Part shown: in pieces, positions 55,701 to 64,000 of the stretch
How the letters are laid out: each line of letters starts with the position of its first letter
How positions within the stretch are numbered: position 1 is the first letter of the stretch
Assembly (NCBI GenBank): GCA_964016885.1
Contig: OZ024765.1
Span: forward strand, 14,322,001-14,386,000
Direction: 5' to 3'
Source: Eledone cirrhosa
Lineage: Eukaryota
Length of the DNA stretch: 64,000 bases
The notes under the pieces: generated by a model
Database searches by the model: none
What the model was told of the DNA's origin: nothing
Seen by the model: the letters and a program-made list of their open reading frames with translations, nothing else
Position numbers and translations under genes: made by a program

Positions 55701-56112
55701 CTTTACGGCAGTGAAACGTGGACTATTGACAAAGTGCTATGCAAGAGACATGACGGATGTTACACAAGGATGTTGAGAATGGCTCTCAACATTTCTTGGA
55801 AACAGAAGCTGACAAATAAGATAACTACCACCAGTCTCAAAAGGAGTTGCCTGCAGACGAATGAAACTGGCTGAGCACTGCATCCGTCATCCAGAAGTGA
55901 TGGCATCACGACTTGGGCTCAGGAAACCGGCGGTCGAACGAAGATGCGTGGGAAGACAGGGAAGATGCGTGGGAAGACATTTATTGATACTCGGCTGAGA
56001 GATGCCAACATTGATAAGACCGATGAACTGAGAAATGTCATGGTTGACCGGGAAGATTGGAGAAAGCGTGCCGAATCTTTGCGAGTGAAAACTCGGTCGT
56101 AGATAGATAGAT
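55701..56112 (+). mobile_element. Degenerate RTE LINE 3' fragment
   Basis: LYGSETWT..DGCYTRMLRMALNISW; (TAGA)n tail. Confidence 0.8.
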
Positions 56113-56221
56113 TTGCCATACTCAAATAACTAACAACTAGTTATTTATAATAACTAACAACTAGCTACTAGTTATTTATAATAACTAACAACTAACTACA
56201 TGGCTAAATACAATAAATATA

Positions 56222-57000
56222 ATGATGCGCATGGAGGATGACCGATGGGTAAAGAAGTGCCAAGAAATCCCAGTAGAAGGCAGACGTAGTAGAGGAAAAC
56301 CACGAAAAACAAGGGCGGAGGTGGTGAGAGCAGACCTCAGATAGCTGAAACTCACAGAGGATGCGCATGGAGGATGACCGATGGGTAAAGAAGTGCCAAG
56401 AAATCCCAGTAGAAGGCAGACGTAGTAGAGGAAAATCACGAAAAACAAGGGCGGAGGTGGTGAGAGCAGACCTCAGATAGCTGAAACTCACAGAGGATGC
56501 GCATGGAGGATGACCGATGGGTAAAGAAGTGCCAAGAAATCCCAGTAGAAGGCAGACGTAGTAGAGGAAAATCAAGAAAAACAAGGGCGGAGGTGGTGAG
56601 AGCAGACCTCAGATAGCTGAAGCTCACAGAGGATGCGCATGGAGGGTGACCGATGGGTAAAGAAGTGCCAAGAAATCCCAGTAGAAGGCAGACGTAGTTG
56701 AGGAAGACCACGAAAAACAAGGGCGGAGGTGGTGAGAGCAGACCTCAGATTGCTGAAGCTCACAGAGGATGCGCATGGAGGGTGACCGATGGGTAAAGAA
56801 GTGCCAAGAAATCCCAGTAGAAGGCAGACGTAGTTGAGGAAGACCACGAAAAACAAGGGCGGAGGTGGTGAGAGCAGACCTGAGATCGCTGAAGGTCACA
56901 GAGGAGATGACGTAGGACCGTGACAAGTGGAGAGATGCTGAATAGGACCCGTCCAACCCTTGCAAGCAGGAAAAGGCGGACGTAAAATGATGATGATGAT
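56222..57000 (+). mobile_element. RTE LINE 3' end with a 136-bp segment repeated 5x
   Basis: MRMEDDRWVKKCQEIPVEGRRSRGKPRKT repeated; ends acccttgcaagcaggaaaaggcggacgtaaaa(tga)n. Confidence 0.85.
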
Positions 57001-57107
57001 GTAATCTGAGTTTTTCGAATATTTTACAAATAATATTCGATTTGTTTGCAATGATGCAAACAGCCTCTTTTATTAGCCCTGTCAGTAGAATGAGTCCCTC
57101 ATCTCAC

Positions 57108-57131
57108 CTTTGTATTGGCATGTAAACAGAC
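57108..57131 (-). CDS. Host gene microexon, 24 nt (VCLHANTK)
   Basis: Acceptor tgtctgcag|G, donor AAG|gtgaga; phase 0 end matches the next exon. Confidence 0.55.
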
Positions 57132-57205
57132 CTGCAGACACTATATATATACACAAATACATGTGTATGTATATATGTATACACACATACACACATATAT
57201 GTATG

Positions 57206-57247
<42 letters not shown>

Positions 57248-57307
57248 TATATGTATGTATGTATATATATATATACTTATATATACACACACATATGTAT
57301 GTATATG

Positions 57308-57339
<32 letters not shown>

Positions 57340-57493
57340 CTATATACATAACGATAAAATAAAGTACCAGTAATACACTGAGTGTTTGCTGACCTTGTGC
57401 CAAAAGTAGAAACAATTATTATATATATATATATATATATATATATTCACACATATATGTATATATATATATATACATATATATAATTATACA

Positions 57494-57558
<65 letters not shown>

Positions 57559-57730
57559 CGAAGGGAAAGTGGTAAGGAACCAGGTGGACCATAACGCACG
57601 AAAGTACTCAATAATTAGGGTAGTAGAGTGGGTAATAGGAACAAGTAAGACCCCGACGGCTGAGCTCAAGCCGTCCAGAATTAGCCGTCGAAACAGCTTG
57701 AGCTCAGCCGTCGGGGTCTTACTTGTTCCA

Positions 57731-57914
57731 GTGGATTGGCAGTATCGGTAGAGGGTCGGACGCCATGCTTTGCAGCACAGTTACGTCCCTTTACGGACTG
57801 AGTTCAAATCCCGCCGAGGTTAACTTTGCCTTTCATCCTTACGGGGTCGATAACATAAAGTACCAGTAATACACTGGTTAATTGCTGGCCTTGTGCCTAA
57901 AGTAGAAACAATTA
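57731..57914 (+). mobile_element. SINE family A
   Basis: Matches family A. Confidence 0.85.
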
Positions 57915-58207
57915 TATATATATATATATATATTGTATATAAAAGTGAATAAGCTATAAAAAGTTCATAAGAAGTTCACCACGGAAGTAGGGAAGCGCGT
58001 GGGAGGGGGTACGACCACACCACCACCACATCACCGCCCACATACCATCACCGCCCACATACCACCACCGCCACCATTATCACCACCACCACCATCAACA
58101 TAAACACCACCGCCACCATTATCACCCCTCACTGACTACCTGAAGGAAGAGACGGTTGTTATACTAATTATATATATATATATATATATACACATATATA
58201 TACATAC

Positions 58208-58290
<83 letters not shown>

Positions 58291-58335
58291 GACATATATA
58301 TATATATAGACATATATATATATATACATATATAC

Positions 58336-58366
<31 letters not shown>

Positions 58367-58367
58367 C

Positions 58368-58418
<51 letters not shown>

Positions 58419-58429
58419 CATATAAATAG

Positions 58430-58463
<34 letters not shown>

Positions 58464-58477
58464 TTGTATGTACATAC

Positions 58478-58510
<33 letters not shown>

Positions 58511-58626
58511 AACATGCGCGCGTGTGTGTGTATGTGTCTATGTGTATGACTGTATGTATATATGTATAAATATATATATATATATATATACACATATATA
58601 TATATATATATATACATATATATATG

Positions 58627-58742
<116 letters not shown>

Positions 58743-58995
58743 GATGTGTTTGTGTGTGTGTATATATATATATATGTATGTGCGTGTGTCTGTATGTATG
58801 TGCATGCGTATGTGTGAGTGTTTGCGTGTGTATATATGTGAGTATGAGTGTGCATCACATGTGATTAAGTACAAAAGCTTGAGCAAAACACCTGGTCTCC
58901 GCCCCCTACCCTCGTAAACCACGAAAGTGTATATTACTATTGTAATATATTATGTAGGTATGTATACACACACACGCGTATACACCCACGTATTT

Positions 58996-59031
<36 letters not shown>

Positions 59032-59039
59032 GTCATTAT

Positions 59040-59500
59040 TACGTCCCTTTACGATCTGAGTTCAAATCCCGCCGAGGTTAACTTTGCCTTTCATCCTTAC
59101 GGGGTCGATAAAATAAAGTACCAGTAATGCACTGGGTTATTTGCTGGCCTTGTACCAAAAGTAGAAACAATTATTACTATTAAGGATGATAAAATAAAGT
59201 AACAGTAATATACTGGGTTATTTAATGGCCTTGTGCCTAAAGTAGAAACAATTATTACTATTAAGGATGATAAAATAAAGTACCAGTAATATACTGGGTT
59301 ATTTGCTGGCCTTGTACCAAAAGTAGAAACAATTATTACTATTAAGGATGATAAAATAAAGTACCAGTAATATACTGGGTTATTTGCTGGCCTTGTGCCT
59401 AAAGTAGAAACAATTATTACTATTAAGGATGATAAAATAAAGTACCAGTAATATACTGGGTTATTTGCTGGCCTTGTACCAAAAGTAGAAACAATTATTA
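59040..59500 (+). mobile_element. SINE family A with 81-bp 3' segment repeated ~5x
   Basis: gtagaaac at 59161, 59242, 59323... Confidence 0.85.
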
Positions 59501-59510
59501 CTACTATATA

Positions 59511-59610
59511 CAGGGTGTCGCAAAAATGTATACACACTTCAACAGTATTCTAATTAAAATTGCTTGTACAGGCAATCAAAGTGTGTATACATTTGTTGGG
59601 ACACCCTACA
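59511..59610. mobile_element. ~100-bp Tc1/mariner-type MITE
   Basis: TA|CAGGGTGTCGCAAAAATGTATACACACTT ... AAGTGTGTATACATTTGTTGGGACACCCT imperfect TIRs. Confidence 0.65.
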
Positions 59611-59621
59611 TATTATTATTG

Positions 59622-59651
<30 letters not shown>

Positions 59652-59655
<4 letters not shown>

Positions 59656-60172
59656 AAGGCGGGTAAAATTCCCGAGATCCATGGACGAGCTCTCTCCAGC
59701 GGTCTCTGTCCCTCATCATCGCTGCCATGTCCTGCATCTCCAACAGACCAGTGTCTGTCCTTAGGGCATCAACATACGTTAACCTTGGTCTTCCTCTTCT
59801 AGTGTGTCCATGTAGGGGCTCCCACAGGAGCACTGAGTGCAATGTCAACTCTGGATGTCGGTGAGCATGTCCAGCCAACCTCAGTCTCCTCTGTGTCACT
59901 TTTGAGCTGACTTTTGGTGACAAATACAGTGAAGGAGGCAGAGGATTTGATGCGGGAGGTTGAGACTGTGTCGATGAGTGTGGGGCTGAGAATGAATGAG
60001 ACTAAAACAAAATATCTGGTAGAGAATGTTGAGAAGCCAGAGGGGATCACTAATGTAGGCGGGAAGCCGCTGGAATTGGTTGAGGACTTCCTGTATTTGG
60101 GAGCAAAGATTGGGAATACGGAAGATGATGTGGTTGAGAGGAAGAGCAAGGCCTGGGCGGCGTGCCACAGCT
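59652..60172. mobile_element. RTE LINE insertion with 5' inversion
   Basis: 3' end on minus (59654-59917) fused to an upstream RT segment on plus (GLRMNETKTKY..VEDFLYLG..KAWAAC). Confidence 0.75.
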
Positions 60173-60586
60173 TGATATATATATATATATAGAGTCAGGA
60201 CCTCGACAGCTGCGCTCTGGCCGTTTTGACAGCTAGATCCGAAACAGCTTGAGCTCTGCCGTCGGGGTCCTGACTATTTTCCTATTACCCACTCTACTAC
60301 CCTAAGTATTGAGTACTCTGGTGAGTTATGGTCCACCTGGTATCTTACCACGCCTTCTTTGTTATATATATATATATTAAAATAACAGATTAAAGTTTAA
60401 GCAAAGAATCGCTGCTTTCACCCTTAACGGGATCTTCTGAAACTAACAAATCAATCTGTGAACGCAGAAGTGAATATTTAAAAAAACGTTGCAACCGGAG
60501 GAAGACAGGAAGACGATACTTTGGTTCGTGGAAACGTTCCCTGGCAAAGAACGGGAAAAAACGAAGATAATACGTCATTATTTGGA

Positions 60587-60772
60587 GCGGTGGATTGGCA
60601 GTATCAGTAGAGGGTCGGACGCCATGCTTTCCAGCATAGTTACGTCCCTTTACGATCTGAGTTCAAATCCCGCTGAGGTTGACTTTGCCTTTCATCCTTA
60701 CGGGGTCGATAAAATAAAGTACCAGTAATGCACTGGGTAATTGCTGGCCTTGTGCCTAAAGTAGAAACAATT
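60587..60772 (+). mobile_element. SINE family A
   Basis: Matches family A. Confidence 0.85.
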
Positions 60773-61402
60773 ACTTGGAGCGGTGAAAAACAATTACACG
60801 CAAAGACAAAACCACGTTTTATATATATATATGAAGTCTGTCTTAAGCCAGAAGGCTCATTTGGCCGGTGCTTATCCCGGTTTCATGGTGTGAAGCGACT
60901 GAGAGTAAAAGACTCCCCACTGGTCAGGACGCCAGTCCATCGCAGGGTTAAACCTCTATTATTGCTATAAAGAAAGTGTGGTAAGGAACCAGGTGGACCA
61001 TAACGTAGTAGAGTGGGTAATGTTGTACACAAACGGCGGACAACAGAGGCCACGTACCGTTCCTCTCCGACTAAAAACTTTCCCCCTCGGAAAAACACCC
61101 AGTTGATGGATGCGAAATCCGAAATATAGGGACAATTAAATCTCTTCCAAGGTGTCTCTATCTCGTGTTATTATTCTCGGCGGCGATAAAATAAAGTACC
61201 AGTAACGTACTAGAGTCGATTCAATCGACTCCCCCCACCCAAATAACTGGCATTGTGCCTATAGTAAAAACCATTATTACGCTCTTTCCTACGTACCTCT
61301 ACAAGCCTCCCTCTTCACCACCGGACTCTGTTACCCGGAGATTTACCCATCTGCATTGTTGAGGCTTCCAAAACGACCAAATTATATATATATATATATA
61401 TA

Positions 61403-61435
<33 letters not shown>

Positions 61436-61629
61436 CAATCTTTTTGTTTTTGTATTAGTTGGACATTTGGCTGCTATATCTAGCATGAAAAACAACCACC
61501 CAGAGCCTCTCGCATAACTTCACACACACACACACACACAAAAGGTTTGGTTACAAAGTAACCAACAGAAAAGCAGCAACATAAATCACACACATACACA
61601 CACATATATGTGTATATATGTATATATAC

Positions 61630-61674
<45 letters not shown>

Positions 61675-62006
61675 CATAATCGGAGAAAGCTAATAGCGAT
61701 ATATATATATATATATTTATATACGTATACATGTACATATATATATATTTACATATACATGTATGTGTATATATATATATATATATATATAAATATTCAT
61801 ATATATATATATATATGTATACATATGTATATATATATATATATACATATGTATATATGTGTACATATATGTATATATGTGTACATATATATATGTATAT
61901 ATATATGTATATATACATATACATTATATAGGCGTTTTCTGTTTAAAATGTTATACACAGCTTTTATAACCTATATACAAAGGTAGTTTATTGTTGTGTT
62001 GTATGG

Positions 62007-62053
<47 letters not shown>

Positions 62054-62313
62054 GTATTATATAACATATATTACGACACAATAGGATACCTTTGTATATA
62101 GGTTATAAATACTATATACATATACATATATATATATATATATATATTACACACTATACACTCACACACACACGTGTATATATATATATATATATATATA
62201 CATATATGAAAAGTTATTTTATCAATAGCATATGACAAATCTGTTATATATGCATATATACACGCATTCTGTATATATGTATATATATATATATATATAT
62301 ACATATATATACA

Positions 62314-62362
<49 letters not shown>

Positions 62363-62397
62363 TATACATTATATGTATATATATACATATATATACA

Positions 62398-62444
<47 letters not shown>

Positions 62445-62648
62445 TATACATTTTTACACACACACACACACATATATGTATCTATCTCTATATATACATT
62501 GGGGAAAATCGACTAACTTTTTAAATTGCATTTGTGATAACATTTTACACGTTTTTATTGTATGTAAACTTCCCCCTTTGTATTTGTCCCCTTCTTTTGT
62601 GCCCCTGTGGCTAATAAAGAAATATATCTATATATATATATATATACA

Positions 62649-62690
<42 letters not shown>

Positions 62691-62887
62691 GGTAGATAGA
62701 TGTAGGTGTATGTGTATGTGTATGAGATAATGTATGTATGTATGTGTGTGTGTGTATATATATATGTGTGTGTCCGTATGTATGCATGTTTTTTTTTTCT
62801 CGTGCAATGGCCATACTCGATAACGAGGGGGCAGCCATCATCATGTTTGTATGTATGTATGTATGTATGTATGTATGTGTGTGTGTA

Positions 62888-63172
62888 TCTTGGTTAGGAG
62901 AGTGGGACTGGCTTTGTGCAGTGCCTTTGCTCACTATAAAAGCTTCACGGCACAGGCATTGCTTTATATCTGGCGATCTCTCTGCACTTGTCGTCACATG
63001 GTACCATGGGCCCAGCACTATGTGTCAATAATTGTCACAAGTGTAGTGTTTGTACCAGAGATTTCAAGTCGCTGGCTGGACTAAAAAGTCACACTCGTTC
63101 AGCGCATCGGTTGGGGTTCTCCTACATGGATATAAAGTAGTGGCCGTACTCGAAAACGAGTTGGCAGCCACC

Positions 63173-63203
<31 letters not shown>

Positions 63204-63545
63204 TGTATGTATGTATGTATGTATGTATGTATGACTTGTTCTTCTTTTTGGTAAATATCATCTTGGTTAAGAGAGTGGGACTGGCTTTGTGCAGTGCCTT
63301 TGCTCACTATAAAAGCTTCACGGCACAGGCATTGCTTTATATCTGGAGATCTCTCTGCACTTGTCGTCACATGGTACCATGGGCCCAGCACTATGTGTCA
63401 ATAATTGTCACAAGTGTAGTGTTTGTACCAGAGTTTTCAAGTCGCTGGCTGGACTAAAAAGTCACACTCGTTCAGCCCATCGGTAGGGGTTCTCCTACAT
63501 GGATATAAAGTAGTGGCCGTACTCGAAAACGAGTTGGCAGCCACC

Positions 63546-63576
<31 letters not shown>

Positions 63577-63920
63577 TGTATGTATGTATGTATGTATGTA
63601 TGACTTGTTCTTCTTTTTGGTAAATATCATCTTGGTTAAGAGAGTGGGACTGGCTTTGTGCAGTGCCTTTGCTCACTATAAAAGCTTCACGGCACAGGCA
63701 TTGCTTTATATCTGGAGATCTCTCTGCACTTGTCGTCACATGGTACCATGGGCCCAGCACTATGTGTCAATAATTGTCACAAGTGTAGGGTTTGTACCAG
63801 AGTTTTCAAGTCGCTGGCTGGACTAAAAAGTCACACTCGTTCAGCGCATCGGTAGGGGTTCTCCTACATGGATATAAAGTAGTGGCTGTACTCGAAAACG
63901 AGTTGGCAGCCACCATGTAT
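62888..63920 (+). mobile_element. Three tandem ~370-bp copies of a LINE (RTE-like) 3' end with C2H2 finger and (TATG)n tail
   Basis: HKCRVCTRVFKSLAGLKSHTRSAHR* then gccgtactcgaaaacgagttggcagccacca(tatg)n; units start ~62888, 63261, 63630. Confidence 0.8.
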
Positions 63921-64000
63921 GTATATATGTGTGTGAGTGTGTGTGTATGTGTGTGTGTATATACACACACACACACGCATACACACACACACACACACAT

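Overview
Eukaryotic (animal) genomic DNA, very rich in (TA)n/(CA)n/(ACC)n microsatellites and fragmentary transposons. The tRNA-derived SINEs, RTE LINEs and Penelope remnants in (TA)n suggest an octopod cephalopod (inference, not confirmed). Almost all supplied ORFs are microsatellite or tandem-repeat artefacts. In the few unique islands I find a minus-strand host gene missed by the ORF track: seven small GT-AG exons (24-82 nt, 57131 down to 5639) that join in phase into a 123-aa open C-terminal peptide I cannot name. Its introns hold RTE, R4-like and CRE-like LINE fragments, a truncated Penelope element (RT end + GIY-YIG), a Helitron helicase remnant, Tc1/mariner and piggyBac-like MITEs and two SINE families. 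Recurring unusual structure: minimal hammerhead ribozymes and short fold-back palindromes centred on hammerhead stems inside (TA)n; in-place tandem amplification of 48-370 bp segments of many different elements and of one host exon; a 72-bp satellite growing inside a TTAA-flanked MITE. Exon and ribozyme coordinates were counted by hand; repeat boundaries and copy numbers are approximate.
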